Positions 1 through 13,174 of a stretch of 64,000 nucleotides of DNA are shown here, in pieces. Below the pieces are notes generated by a model. It did no database searches and had not been told where the DNA came from. It was given only the letters and a program-made list of their open reading frames with translations. The stretch covers positions 8,308,001 to 8,372,000 of the forward strand of contig CM120643.1 of assembly GCA_051362555.1 (NCBI GenBank). Reading direction: 5' to 3'. A program made the position numbers and the translations under genes. The number at the start of each line of letters is the position of its first letter. Position 1 is the first letter of the stretch. The DNA is from Lingula anatina. Lineage: Eukaryota; Animalia; Brachiopoda.

Positions 1-831
1 ACAAAGGTACTGCTACCATATGTTTTTGGATGTTATAAATTTTACATATAGAATAGACTGAGAATAGGAAAAAAATTGATGGCAGGTCTTATGTCAGAAA
101 CAAATTTTTGTTGAATAACTTTTAGTAAAATTTATAGTGCTTCATACTAAAGTAGCCATGAATAAAAAATACCTTGTAGTTTGCGGACTGTTCTAGTTTT
201 TACCTTGTTATACCCATTTTGAAAATGATGTTTCTTTTTTTCTTTATCAGACAAGGAGAAGTTAACCTTTGCTAAGGCCTCCCAGCTTCCTGCTTTTCTG
301 GAAGCTGAGATACATTCTATAGAGGAAGAGAAAAAATTGCTGAAGAAAGAAAAAAGCATCAGAGAAAAACATTTCAGGAAGTATTACCAGGTTTGTAGAA
401 CCATGTGTACTTTTTGTAGGATTAGGAGGAAAAAGTTGCACCAAAAGGAGTATTTTTGGCATGGAAATGTGTAATGTCTAAAATATTTCATTTTTTAAAC
501 AAAGTTTGACATTCCACCTCTGTGATGGTGAATTTCCGCAGCTCTCCAGTCTGCACACTTGAAATGCCGTGTTTGTGAAATACAAGGTGCAGCCAGCATT
601 TTCAAAGTAGGGAGCTTTTCCTGAAAAATGGACAATAAAATCCTTCAGTTGATCCTGCTTGAGAATTAAAAAAGAACCTGGATTTAAATTCAGAGTCGAT
701 CTTTTGTGGCCAAAATGGCATTTCTATCTAATCCCCTGAACCACTCCTCCTCGAAGGACAGATCAGTTTTTAATAATTCTATTTTTAGCCACACAGAATA
801 GTTTCATACATCATTTTTGGTGTTGTTTCAG

Positions 832-2373
832 ACTCTACTTGAATCTCTGCACATACTGGAGGAGCTGATCACTAAACACAGGCTGCAGTCTCAGACAGAG
901 AAAGATGGCATCTTGACTGAATGGATGGCAGCAAGGTGTGACGCCATGTGCTTGAAAATAAGGTACTGGCTGCTTGAGTCTTTCACAGTGAATTTATGTC
1001 CACAATTTTAAAAATATATGGGTGTGCAATACTGACCAATCAAGCTTACCCCAGAGACACCCATTGGTCTCTGAAGATGGCTTATATTTTCAAAGACAGG
1101 TGGACGACTTACAAAATTTTTGAGTAGGTTGAAAGGGCTTGCTGGGGTTGGAATCCGTGTAAATTGCTGATCAGAGCACAGATTCACTTTTTGGACTCCC
1201 TGCACACCAAATCCTGGGGAAACCCCTGTGGTTAATAGATGATTACTATAGCTATGGTCAATTTGCATCTTCATGACCTCCTCAGCTGGTGTGTTGAGGT
1301 AGAATATTATAATTTTGTTAACATCTGACATGGGTATTTCTTTAAGCCATTTTGCAAAAAATGGTTAAAAAATGGTTACAGGTGGGCTGAAATATTGCCT
1401 TATTTCTGCTTTTTTTTCTGCAAAATACTGATTTATCCCTGCAACAAGTCTATGTCACAAGTATTATATGATATTTGAAGGATACCAGTTCATCTTCAGC
1501 TTTAATTTTGTCAAAATATTGTCTGAATTTTAAATATGCTTGTATGTAAGTTAATAGCTTAAGAAAACAAAAAAACAAAACAAAAAAAAGAAGTTTATTT
1601 GATGTTTTTTTTTCATAAGTTTGCAATTGGTTTAGCAAGAAGGCTTACATGGAATGATAAACTCAAGTTACTAAAAGTTTTTTAAAATTTCTATCACCTT
1701 TATTTTTTATTTTTTAAAAAATAAACAGGATGGTCGAGATGCAGATTCTTTGCGATACCTACCACACAGAGTCTGTACAGGCACTGAAAGCTGTCAGGTA
1801 TGTAGTCTTGGAATGGGTTTCCAGGTGGCAAAGCTCCTTTGAATAATATACAAAATAATTACATGTTACCCATGATTATACCTTTTTTGTGATGATTTTG
1901 ATTAAGTTACTATTCCTGTTCAATTTCTGGGCTAAAGATAATTTGGTAAGATGGAAGAAAAATGTATTTTTTGTCTGAAATTTCTGCTGTTGGTTGAAAT
2001 ATAGTCTGGAAGATGTCATCCAATTAATACCAAATAGGCAAGTCAAACCAGATTCAGTGGCAGTACTTAATATATTGTTCATTTTGGGTTTCTGAATTTC
2101 AAACAAAAAATTTTTAATTTAACTTTTAGACCAAAATGAAAATTCACAAAACCTTTATTTTGTTTTCTACTTCTTCTCAGCGAAAACCTTCAAACTGCTG
2201 TACACGATCACAAGGCTGAGCTGCACCAAGTCAGTCAAGCACTGACGGCCTACGAGGCAGTAGGAGCTGGATTTGATGAGATGGTTTCGGAGTACGCCAA
2301 GTTACGAGACGAGGTGGAAAACAAACGCTGGGCCCTGACAGAACTGCAGCAAAGTCTGGAGGATGACGGGTGA
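832..2373 (+). CDS. HAUS4: HAUS augmin-like complex subunit 4, last three coding exons (5' part outside window)
   Basis: Exons 832-962, 1729-1797 and 2181-2373, all AG/GT bounded and in phase. They give TLLESLHILEELITKHRLQSQTEKDGILTEWMAARCDAMCLKIRMVEMQILCDTYHTESVQALKAVSENLQ...YEAVGAGFDEMVSEYAKLRDEVENKRWALTELQQSLEDDG*, matching the recalled HAUS4 C-terminus (LxDTY, ENKRWAL). Confidence 0.88.
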
Positions 2374-2748
2374 TCTTGATGACTGTTTTCTTCTGCATTA
2401 TTTCAGCCTACACATGTATCTTTCAACTCGCATATTTCTAGTTTTATGAAGAGATTGTTGTAGGTGTTCTTTTATGCTGTGTATTGCTACAAAGTATCAT
2501 ATCAGTTGGTGTAGTGTAGGCGTAAAGCATGCAGAGCTTAAGTCAATGAATCTCTCGTATTCCTGTGTGTGCAAGTATAACTTAGATGACATACAGCCAT
2601 TGAACTATAACACAGCTGCAACAAAGCATTGAGGAAGACATCTGATATATATATGTATCCACTGCTGAGCAGTGAGAAGTTTCTCAACTTGAAGATTAAG
2701 TACAGCCATTATCAGCAATGTCCCATTTGCCTCTGACTGGCAGTGCTA

Positions 2749-3002
2749 GTCCCCATTTCCATACCTAGTTCGATCTAACAGGATCGACCAATTTCCAAGG
2801 GGAGGGACTCTGGCTAAATCGGCTTAAGCAGCTTAGATGTCTGGGATGAATACTGAAGCTGCTAAAAGAAAGTTAATTACCCCCTAACAGCTTCAGTAGA
2901 TGTGCCATACATCAGAGCCGCTTAAGCTGAGTGCTATTTAGCAAGAAACCCCTCGAAGATGGGTCGACCCTGCTAGATCGATCTAGGTATAGGAATGGGG
3001 TT
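2749..3002. mobile_element. Palindromic MITE family A (diverged member)
   Basis: CCCCATTTCCATACCTAG ... CTAGGTATAGGAATGGGG termini. It shares GATCGATCTA, GCTTAAGC and TTAATTAC blocks with the other family A copies. Confidence 0.75.
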
Positions 3003-3208
3003 TTAGATGTACAGTGTCAGCTGTTGGTGTTACTGTTGTCACAAGGGAACCATACTTAGAACTTCTATCTCCATGAGATTACCCCTGAGAGTGTAAACCA
3101 GGAAGACTTATCTTTGGAAGAACTATCAATTATCTTTAGTTTGTAACCTTTTTAAGTTTTTTAAAGACACCATTTGTCAAATTAGGGTATTTGATAATCT
3201 TACATTTA

Positions 3209-3383
3209 GGCCCCATTCAGAATAGGGGACTAACTAGTCCGAGGGTCAAATATGGTGACCCACTACAGGGCTTGCAGTCTAATCTGCTAATGGACACTGA
3301 AAAGATATCCCGTGGGGAAGTGTTCAAGTGGGTCGGCCATATTTGACCCTTGGACTAGTTAGTCCCCTATTCTTAATGGGGCT
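3209..3383. mobile_element. Palindromic MITE family B (175 bp)
   Basis: GGCCCCATTCAGAATAGGGGACTAACTAGTCC arms. Homologous to 46629-46803 and 23654-23828. Confidence 0.85.
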
Positions 3384-4545
3384 TTTGTGACTATGCACCA
3401 TTAGACCTGCTGGTACAGTGTATTTCTGATTGCATAGTGTCTGTTGATGTTCCAAGTGAAAAATTGCACAGTTTAACTGCTGGAGTTACTGATTACTTTG
3501 TGGGCTGTGTATTTTGAATTTTCAAAATTGAACTGAACAGAATAATTTAACATATTACTTTGAAAATGAAAAAATAAGCAAAGGAAATGCAGAGAAAATT
3601 TTTGTTGTTTATTTCATTGTTTTTACTTCAGTCTATGTCTTACTTTACTAAAGAACTAAGCTAACTTACTGAATGAAAGGTTATCCTTTTTACCACAGAT
3701 TTGGACATCAAACACAACAATAGAAATAAATTTGCAACATGCACTTTATTCAACTAAGCAACCTCTTCATATCTTTCATTGAATAGTTGAAAAATCCCAA
3801 ATATAAGAAAAATGTAGATTTAGACATAAATTCTATCAGAAACTAAGATTTCAGTCATCCTGCTTTTTGTTACAAAGCCCAGCAGACGAATTCAGCCAAC
3901 TTCACTTCCAAATACAGAACTGGGCATATTTGCAATGTGTCATACAGAAATGCAGATAGCTTTTCCTTACATTTAAACTTCTGACATTTACCTTTCCAAC
4001 AGCTCTGAAACTACATACATGCCACAAACATTAATCCATTTCATAATAAAATTATATGCTTTGTATAAAATGAAAGAATCATATATCATGAAATAGTTTA
4101 TTGACTTGGGTGGCTGGGCCTATTCAACTGGCCACAGAGATACTACACCATTTTGTAAACATTAAGTTCAAGATGATATATTGTTACTGTTCACAATGAT
4201 TCCAAGTGCTTTCATTGACCAAAAACCTTTTTATTCTCTATTTCATTTTGAAATGGCTGCAATTTATTACGATAAATTGAATAAATATTGTTTTTATGAT
4301 GTTTTAAATTTGATATTTGATTAAAAGGGATCAAATCCTTCGCTGTTCATAAAATCTGGACAACTTTTCCCATCAAAGTGTATTAACACTGAATACACGT
4401 AGAGAATAATTTGCTGAATTAGACCAGACTACTGACATCAATAGATATAAAAATGGTCAGTTTAATAATATAACTGTAATTGTGGTAAAGAAAATTCATA
4501 TGTTCCCAGGTCCTCTTAATAAAAAATGCAGTGACTTGTTAAAGC

Positions 4546-7438
4546 TCAGAGGAAATAATTGGGGCTGTCACACATAGGGCCAGTCCAGCCCACGCGGCAA
4601 GAGCACATGCAGATCATTCCGTTTGGGCCCGGAACAACTTTTAACATCTTTCCGCCATTCATGCACTTCATGGTGGAAGGACTGCAGGGAAATTTGATGA
4701 TTGAGGGCCGCATGCCACGCTTGTAGTCATCCATTTCATCAAAGTCCATAGCTCTTCCTGCAACAAATGATGTATTACTGTACATTTATTTTTGAATAGC
4801 ACAAACATTATTGCATCCTAATACCAGATATGTTTCTTTTTCTTTCTATTTTTCATTTCAAATTGACATTTTCTTTTTTGTACAATCCAAAATTGTGTCT
4901 AAGACCCCATTCCCAGAGATTAGATCGTTCCAACTAGATCAACCTAACTCCCTGGGGGTTCACGCTAAATAAATAATTGTCAGCCGAGCGGGCACAAAGT
5001 TAATTACTCCCTTACAGCTTGTAGTAGGCGGGACGGACATTTAAGCCGGATTATCTGACAGTAATCTAGTGAGACTCCCCACGGGGATAGATCAATCTAA
5101 AATCTATGGGAATGCGCCCTAAAACACAATGCAATAGGGATTATGTACAAATTACAATCACAGCATATTTTATAGTTATAAGCTATCTACTTATCTACTA
5201 TCAGAGTATAATTACTACTTGGTAATTCAGTAAAATTGCTTACTCTTTCCATATTATGATTTTACAAAATTCATCTTGGCCACGGATATTATGTGTAGAC
5301 ATTAAAATAATTTAGAAAATGAAAATAAAATTTACAAGTGAGTTTATTGCCCAAAAATTAAAAGAATTTCTATGGAGGTTTGTCTTTATTTGCTTCACAT
5401 AGTTGAAATATATTTATTTTATTTTCTCCGAAACTGATGATACAAAATTCCCTTGGGCAATTTATTAAAGAACTGATAGGTATTTTCTTAAAAAAGATGT
5501 CCACTAATATCTCCCATTTTGACAAATCCACAAAAATTCGAGAATTGCCGATTTAAAAATGAAATAACCTTTTCAAGGTATATCCCTTAAGTGTGCTTAT
5601 TGAAAAAAACTGCCATTAACACCCCATTTCCATAGATTTTTAGATCGATCTATCCCTGTGGGGAGTCTCACTAGATTACTGTCAGCTTGGCCGGCTTAAG
5701 CGTCTGTCCCGCCTACTAAAAGCTGTAAGGGGGTAATTAACTATGGTGCCCGCTCAGGTGACTGCAATTTAGCGTGAACCCCCAGGGAGTTAGGTCGATC
5801 TAAATCTTAATCTTTAGATCGATCTAAATCTCTGGGAAAGCACCCTAAAAGATGAGGCGGAAGCATTTAAAATTCTTGTGGCTTTGATGGTGCCAGTTCA
5901 TTACCCCGGAATGGTTTCAAGAGATGTTTTCTGGTTAACAACTTGTCTCTTTGACATCTCAGGGGAGCCATTGGATGAAATGTGCTAAGATTACAGAATT
6001 TAAAGGATGGTCAGATCAATTGTGATGAAAAATGGGGGTTAATGCAATTCCCACTGGGCGAAAAGAAAAAAAAGAATGAGAATGCATCTTTCAAGCTTTT
6101 GCCTGAGTTTCCAAATTTCAGACCTTTTTTTTATATAAAATCAATTTAAATTGGAAATCCAGACAGCCGAGGTCGTAAGGCCACCATAAAGTCATAATTT
6201 CCTTTTTCTTTCTTACAAACCAAAATTATGCCTGAAATTTTTTCCTGTTATGTATTTCAATAAAAAGGTTAAAAAAAATTATAAAATATGATTTTGCCCA
6301 TTTTCATATTCATGTTGTTCAAGTGTTGAAATTTTGTGAAAGAGTTCAGTGGATGTGAATGAAACAAAAATTATGATGTACTTAATTTATCCAGGATCTT
6401 CAGTGAATTGATGTTTTTCTGTCATATTTGTGGCTGTCTAAACGTTTTGTCTCAGATCTCAAATTCAACCACAAATGATTTAATTAGAAAGAAAAATACC
6501 AATTTATATAATTACATAACAGTTGCTCTACTTTTCTTCATTGCTATGGGCACTCAGTAATATGAGCTTTTAATCCAATTTCTGACATAAATTGCTTTTA
6601 ATAGGTTTTTTGACCCAAGTGTAAGTGAACATGCTTTCCTTTCCTGTAGCAGAACCAATTAACTTGGATAAGATTATTTCAGCAAAATGGGAGGTGATTG
6701 TTTCTCCCTAGAGTCTTTTAATTCAAAATAACTTGGTGATGTGAAGATAAAATTCGCATTTACTATGGCAATGAGAGGAAAATTGCCTCTCATGTGACAC
6801 CCCCTATTTTACAACAGAAATGAAACTGCAATTTCCAAATCCACTCAGGATGGAGGTTTTCACCAAAAATTGGTCTAAACTTTTAGATGAAATTTTAGTG
6901 GACTTGGCCAACTTTAAGTCTATTTCGCCTGAAGTCAGTAGCATTCCATCTCAGGGGAGCCATTGGATGAAATGTGCTAAGATTACAGAATTTACCCACA
7001 AATTTACCAGCACCACCAGAGCGGATGAATGTCAGTGTTATATGTATCGCTTTGTTGGTGTTAATAAATTGTATGGTGTGTTGGTTAAATCGTGGGTTTG
7101 ATGGTTAATATGGGTATTAGTGCTAAAGGAACTGCGGGATAGTGTTGGTAAACACCTAATCTGTTTAGAAGGCCTGATTAGTAAGAGTTCATAAGATGTA
7201 CCTTAAATATATAATATTGCCACAGCCACGTGACATCTCTAGTTATAGGTATAGGTATGTTTGAGTTAATAAGACATATCTACAATTATCTCTATGCAAT
7301 TTAGTGGTTACAAATAATCATAAAGAACAGAAATATTGATATTTGAGATACCAATGGCGAATTACCTTGAATTTGTGCAGCAAAAGCCATCAAGACTGCC
7401 AAGAACACGGAAATGTACAGCAACCAGGAAACAGCCAT
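4546..7438 (-). CDS. Small secreted pre-pro-peptide (94 aa) with dibasic cleavage site and variant EGF-like module
   Basis: Exon 7438-7366 (MAVSWLLYISVFLAVLMAFAAQIQ, hydrophobic signal-like, G|gtaat donor, phase 1) joins exon 4757-4546 (ttgcag|GA, phase 1). The second exon reads GRAMDFDEMDDYKR-GMRPSIIKFPCSPSTMKCMNGGKMLKVVPGPNGMICMCSCRVGWTGPMCDSPNYFL*. CxNGG and CxCxxGWxGxxC are EGF hallmarks. Confidence 0.8.
4903..5119 (-). mobile_element. MITE family A copy (inverted relative to 5620-5845)
   Basis: TAA target duplication. The internal sequence matches the reverse complement of the 5620 and 34525 copies. Confidence 0.82.
5620..5845 (+). mobile_element. MITE family A copy (226 bp)
   Basis: TAA target duplication. 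Nearly identical to 34525-34750. Confidence 0.86.
6994..7156. mobile_element. Left-truncated MITE family C copy
   Basis: Shares ACCCACAAATTTACCAGCAC, and ends TAGTGTTGGTAAACACC|TAA like the 16700 copy. Confidence 0.65.
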
Positions 7439-8741
7439 AATGAGACCTGCAAGAATGGAAATAGCAAATGAGTATTTGAGTGATAAACCTTTTGTATGAA
7501 CTGAGAAAACACAGTTTATCTTAATGAATGTAAGAGACAAAGTTTTTTTTTTTGTCTTAATATTTTTGTTTGATTAAAAACTTAACTTTTGGTGAATAAT
7601 ATTTAAGTGTTTTTTCAGTTTAGCTACAAAATCAATTTGAAACAGATAGATGATTTGGATCAGAAATGTAGTTTGAATGAAGAACAAAGTATATTACTGA
7701 ATTTTGCACTTTCTTGGTGTATTTCATCTTTGCATTAGACTTTTCAATTTTCAAATAAACTGAAATTAATATGATAATGTTTAACAGTATCGATTAATTC
7801 AAAAAGAATTTTATCTGCACTGCATTTTGAATGAAGTAAAACTGTTTACTTTTTGGTTTGTTTCAAGTGCATAACATTTAGAATAGTATTCTAAATTCAA
7901 AATGATAATAATAATGTTAATAATAAATAAATAAAAAACCCATAAAAATGAATTTGATAAAGTTAAGAAAATAAATTGCCCAAAAAAGAATAATAGTCCA
8001 TAGCTGCGTAAAATAACCTTAAAATTCTGCTTCTATATCAAAGAACTTGTAATTCCTTACAACTTTAATTTTCAAAAAGGAAGACAATTTAAGCAATTAA
8101 GAAGTAAAAGGAGTCTACACTATTTTTCATTCATGAAGAAAATGCACACTACAACTCCAAATACATTTCCAGTGAATCTACATAGAAATTATGTGTCACT
8201 GTTGAAAGTAAGTCACAAATGATCGCTCGTAAAAAAGTGTTTTTTAAGTTTCAAATATTTCAATATTTGACACAATATGTTTAGAATTTCTCAACAAAAA
8301 AGTCAAATAGCAAGTAGAATTAAAAGTCCAAAACAAGACAATTTCAAACTTCCACTTAACCTAAACTCGAAAGCAATACAATCTTTTCTTGCAGCTTACT
8401 TTTTTCAGTTCCTTCCAAGCTGTCTTCAATGCGTACTCACTCTTCCACGATCAGCCCACTTGTGGTGGCTTTCCTTGAAAGCCAGATTATTAATGGAAAT
8501 GTGATTACATTCAAGGGACCAGTTCAATTGATCCTGAATTGGATTTACGAGATGCTGGAAATGGCATGAACATTTTTTCTGTACCTTAAAAGAGGTTAGG
8601 ATGGGCTTTTACAATGTTCATGAAAGTTGGGGTTGGACAGGAACCAGATTCTGAAGGACTGTCAGTAGATTTTTTTTTACAGATTATGAAACAAAATTAT
8701 TCATGGTGAAATATTCATGTAACAGTCAAGCCATACTATAA

Positions 8742-9246
8742 GGCTTCATTCACATGGAAAGTCTATTTTCTAAATTCTATTTTCTATTCACGGTATGTTT
8801 TGTGATCACGGTCTGTGCCCTGAATATCCCGCAGTGTGATTACTGGCAGCGCGAGCCAGTTATACAAAGCTGTAATTAATTCTCGGCTGTGCTTTGAGAA
8901 GATTCTGATACCTTGACGCATGCGCAGTAGTATCTCTAAGCTGTGGAGTTCATCGGTTTAGGTGTGACGACTCAAACACACAGATGCGAATTATGCACAA
9001 AATCGACAAACACATTTTTCAAAGCAATCGCGGTTGCCATTAACTTGCTAAATTCCTACTGCGCATGCATAAAGGTATCAGAATCTCCTCTGAGCACAGC
9101 CGAGAGTTAATTACAGCTTTGTATAAGTAACTGGCTCGCGCTGCCAGTAATTACGCCGCGGGATATTCAGGGCACAGACCGTGATCACTAAACATACCGC
9201 GAATAGAAAATAGAATTTAGAAAAGACTTTCCATGTGAATGAAGCC
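8742..9246. mobile_element. Fold-back MITE, PIF/Harbinger-like (505 bp)
   Basis: Inverted arms of about 190 bp, GGCTTCATTCACATGGAAAG ... CTTTCCATGTGAATGAAGCC, with a TAA duplication on both sides. Confidence 0.88.
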
Positions 9247-10227
9247 TAAGTATTGATTCATATTTCTAAAAGTCATTTCAATGAATATAAATCTTCCCTG
9301 AAAAAGCAATTTGTAGACTGCCAGGATTGTCATAACAAAGCTTCGAAATACCAGTGTTTATATAAGTGTTTCAAGCACTGTACCCAATATTTTTGTTTTA
9401 GCCATATAATTCTCATTCCAGTCAACAGCAATTTCTGAGAAAAAAAATTATTTTTGAGAAACTGATCAAAAGATACTAAGCCACATAAAGACAAAAATGT
9501 TAAAATGAAATATTTTAGCCATTTGCTGATTTTTTGGAGTACTGTGAACTCTGTTTGGTAAATCACCACATATCACTATAATCCCCAATATTTTTTCACT
9601 TCCTTGGTAATTTTGTTTATTTCTTAAAGGAAATCCAACTAACTTTAAAAGAAACTTCCCTAATGTTTGCAACTTTTCCCCCAAACCATATGCAAATCAA
9701 TAAAAAAACACATTTTTTAATAAATGACATAGCTATAAACAAAATGTTAATCAGATTTCCTTAACCAGTGTAAAATGATATAACATTAGCCCTTATTAGA
9801 ACTTATTCAAACTGTGAACAGCTGGAGACCCACACTAGTACATGTTTGATACTATCCCCAAGTTCTGAAAAAATCAATGGAACCTCAGCCAGATGGATAC
9901 CCACTTCATTCTCAGGAGTGACATTAATCAAGGACCTATCATAGGGTATCCCTGCCTATTTCCTCTTTTTTTTTTTTTTTTTTTTTTGGTTGGGGGAGGG
10001 GGGGTGGAGGGGTTTGATCATGGATCCCAATTGCCTTAGTCATATGATACATTTTAGTGCCAGGTAATTTGGCAGCAACTCTCTAAGTGCACTGCACCTT
10101 ATATTGAGATGTTCACCTCAGTTTTAAAGCTTATTTTCTTTTTTTCCTCACTTTTTCGGACCATGTAACAGTCTGTGGAACATGGAATGAGGTTGGGAGA
10201 CAATCAGGAATCAGCAGCATCTCTTTT

Positions 10228-10458
10228 GAAGTGTGGTCAGCCATATTTAGTTGGCGGATCAGTTAGTACTCGGATCATCTATTCTGAATGGGGCCTAACA
10301 GATCTGCGGATTAAATATGGCTGACCCACTTGAATTCTTCTTGAGTAATTCCTGCAGGGAATCTATTCAGTGTCTAATTGGGAATTAAGTGGCAAGCTTT
10401 TTAGTGGGTTGCCATGTTTGATCTGCAGATATGTTAATCCGCTGTTCTAAATGTGCTC
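10228..10458. mobile_element. Two adjacent truncated family B-like MITE fragments
   Basis: A right end CTATTCTGAATGGGGCC|TAA at 10295 is followed by a left-truncated copy with AAATATGGCTGACCCACTTGAA ... GTGGGTTGCCATGTTTGATC. Confidence 0.6.
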
Positions 10459-10694
10459 TTAGGGGGCCCTGATATCAATGGGTAGTGATTCCATCAGATT
10501 GGCCATCCAGCTTGGGTGATACAAATGTTTCATGATCCAAATGATCAGGCTTTGAGAAAACAACATAAAAACTGCCGTCTTACTGGAGACAGAAGAGAAA
10601 TGTGTAACCATAAAGTTATAATTGTGGAAATCAACCTATTGCCAGGCCGTCTACACTGTGAGCTTTCTTGAATGATTCCCAAGGGGGCATCTGG

Positions 10695-10823
10695 ATAGTC
10701 CTAAGCTTCATTGGTCGGAAAAATCGTAACATTTTCACCAGTTTTTTTTATCAAGGGTTTGTTGGTCGGAGGGTTCTATAGTGAACATTCGGACCAATGA
10801 ACCTTCGGACTATTGAGCTAGGG
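10695..10823. mobile_element. Small fold-back element remnant
   Basis: ATAGTCCTAAGCTTCATTGGTCGGAA ... TTCGGACCAATGAACCTTCGGACTAT inverted arms. Confidence 0.55.
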
Positions 10824-12628
10824 TTCCATTCCCATTGGCACTTCCTTGTTCCTAATGCTGGAATTTAAAGTTACACACGACTGCTCTATTAGTCTGTCAA
10901 GCATACAAATTTAACTGCAATTTGCTCACATATTGTGCCTACAAAGCACAGTCTCTCTAGTGGGATGTCATAATGCAGCTCGTGTTTCCACTTAGCCAGT
11001 CTCAATGTACCATTTCTCCATCAAATCATTATAAAACAAATTAGACAGGCTATTAATGGTAAAAATATTGTCTCTTTATTGTCTCTTTTTTAAATTCAAT
11101 TTCTCTTGTCATCATGTGCACTTATTGAGGAATCTGAACAAGACTGATGAATCACATAAACTTGCCAAAAAAGAAAAAAAAAATACTCAAAAGTTCTTAA
11201 GATGACTTCACATTAAAAATTGCACTCGTGGTTTATGACAAGTACCATCCATGTGTTAAACAACATCAACACAGAGTTACAAATATTATAAAAATCATTT
11301 CTTGACAAATAATTTTGATCATCACCATGGGTACTATTAAGTATTTGCAGCTGAACTTAATTAAGTTTCATTTCACATTGCAGTCTGTTGAGGACCTATA
11401 ATTACATCAACTTGTATCTGAACTTGTGTCTCTCTGAAGGAAATGGTTAAATGCACTGCCTAATTCAGCGGTCATAATTAATTGGAAGTTGGGGTTTTGA
11501 ATAATCAATAAACATTGTCAGTGAGATCTAAATAGAACTTGCATGTTTAGAATTTAACTGCTAGAATACTGAATGCTGTACACAATGTTTATATATAGTT
11601 TTTACAATTATCTGCAAAAAATTAACAAGGGTACGTGATTATAGATTATATACTAATGTACAGTTGTTGAAATCTTTTTTTAAATGCTTTCTGCATAAAG
11701 TTAATTAAATCTTTTTTTAATGCTTTCTGCATCACTGGCTTCAAAGCAGAGCTCCTAACATATAATATATATGTTAATGCTAGGTTAAATTTTATTATAT
11801 ATATATTTAAACATAGCACAAGTGCACGCTCACATACAATTCCACATTCATTAGTAACTTAAGCGCAAATTTTTTAGATGCATTAACAAAAGTCACTATT
11901 TGTCAATACACAAAACTAATATCTCCTCAGAGACAAATCTTTCAAATTATATTTTGCAGTGAATGCATCGTTGTGACAGTCATTGATCTTTCTTCTGGTG
12001 TTCTGTATTCTGATCACATATCATCAATTCTGTTGAAGACTGTAAACATTTCATTAGCATTCTCCCCTTGAGGGATTTTGAGGAGGCAATTGTACAGATT
12101 TAAGGACAATAACGAAAACTCAACAAAATATAAGCATTGCATTCATTAATTCTATCTTGGACTTATTAAGGGCAAGATAATTATCATAAGACCAAAGGAT
12201 TTAATTTATTGGACCCCAGGGTAAATGGCATAGAATCCACAGGTTGGGGCATAGGAGTGGGGTCATGGGATCCAGGGGCAGATCCAGGATTATTTGAAGA
12301 GGGGTCCCTGACAAACCCCCTAAATTCACCACTGGGATCCTCTGGTGTGACACGAAGTATTCAGTATACAAAATGCACAGGATGATGGGCAGGAAATGTA
12401 GTATTCCATTGCAGGTTGGAAAAATTCATGGAATATAATGGGTAGACTTAAACAGAATCCCAGAATAATTACAGCAAACATGAAGGATGACGAGAAGTAA
12501 ATTAGAACTTTAATCCACAAAATGCTGGATGGGATATGTAGAATCCTGAGCTAGAAAATACACAGCTTAAGGGTGTTTGGTTGGGATTTTGAAATTCCAG
12601 GAATACAAAGATAATGTGCAAGATCAAT

Positions 12629-13174
12629 GAGCGCATTCTCAACGAATTAAGCCAGGCTTTACAAAGCCGGTGACCTAAAAATGGCGGACGTACATGAAAG
12701 AAAAACCGCCTAATCTTTTAATAGTCTCTCCGCCTCTCACACGCCTCCCCACACGTCGTCCCTGCGGGGTACAGTAATTAAATCTCGGCTCCGAACATTA
12801 ATATTTCCGTGAATATCTCTGGTGATATTATCTCCGTAGATGGTCGATTCATTGCTGCTCTACGGGCCAAATTATTCCTTTTTCGTCTCTGTTTTCAAAG
12901 ATAATAGAACAGAAGAGCTTTTTTCCTTCGATCGCCTTCAGCCGCCATGCTTTCTTCACCACGAGTTTAACTGATGAGCATGCGCACTTAATATTTCTCA
13001 GGTAGCTTCCGCATGGCGAACGGAGCCGAGATTTAATTACTGTACCCCGCAGGAACGACGTGTGGGGAGGCGGAGAGACTATTAAAAGATTAGGCGGTTT
13101 TTCTTTCATGTACGTCCGCCATTTTTAGGTCACCGGCTTTGTAAAGCCTGGCTTAATTCGTTGAGAATGCGCTC
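12629..13174. mobile_element. Fold-back MITE, PIF/Harbinger-like (546 bp)
   Basis: Near-perfect inverted arms of about 155 bp, GAGCGCATTCTCAACGAATTAAGCC..., with a 3-bp AAT duplication. Confidence 0.88.
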
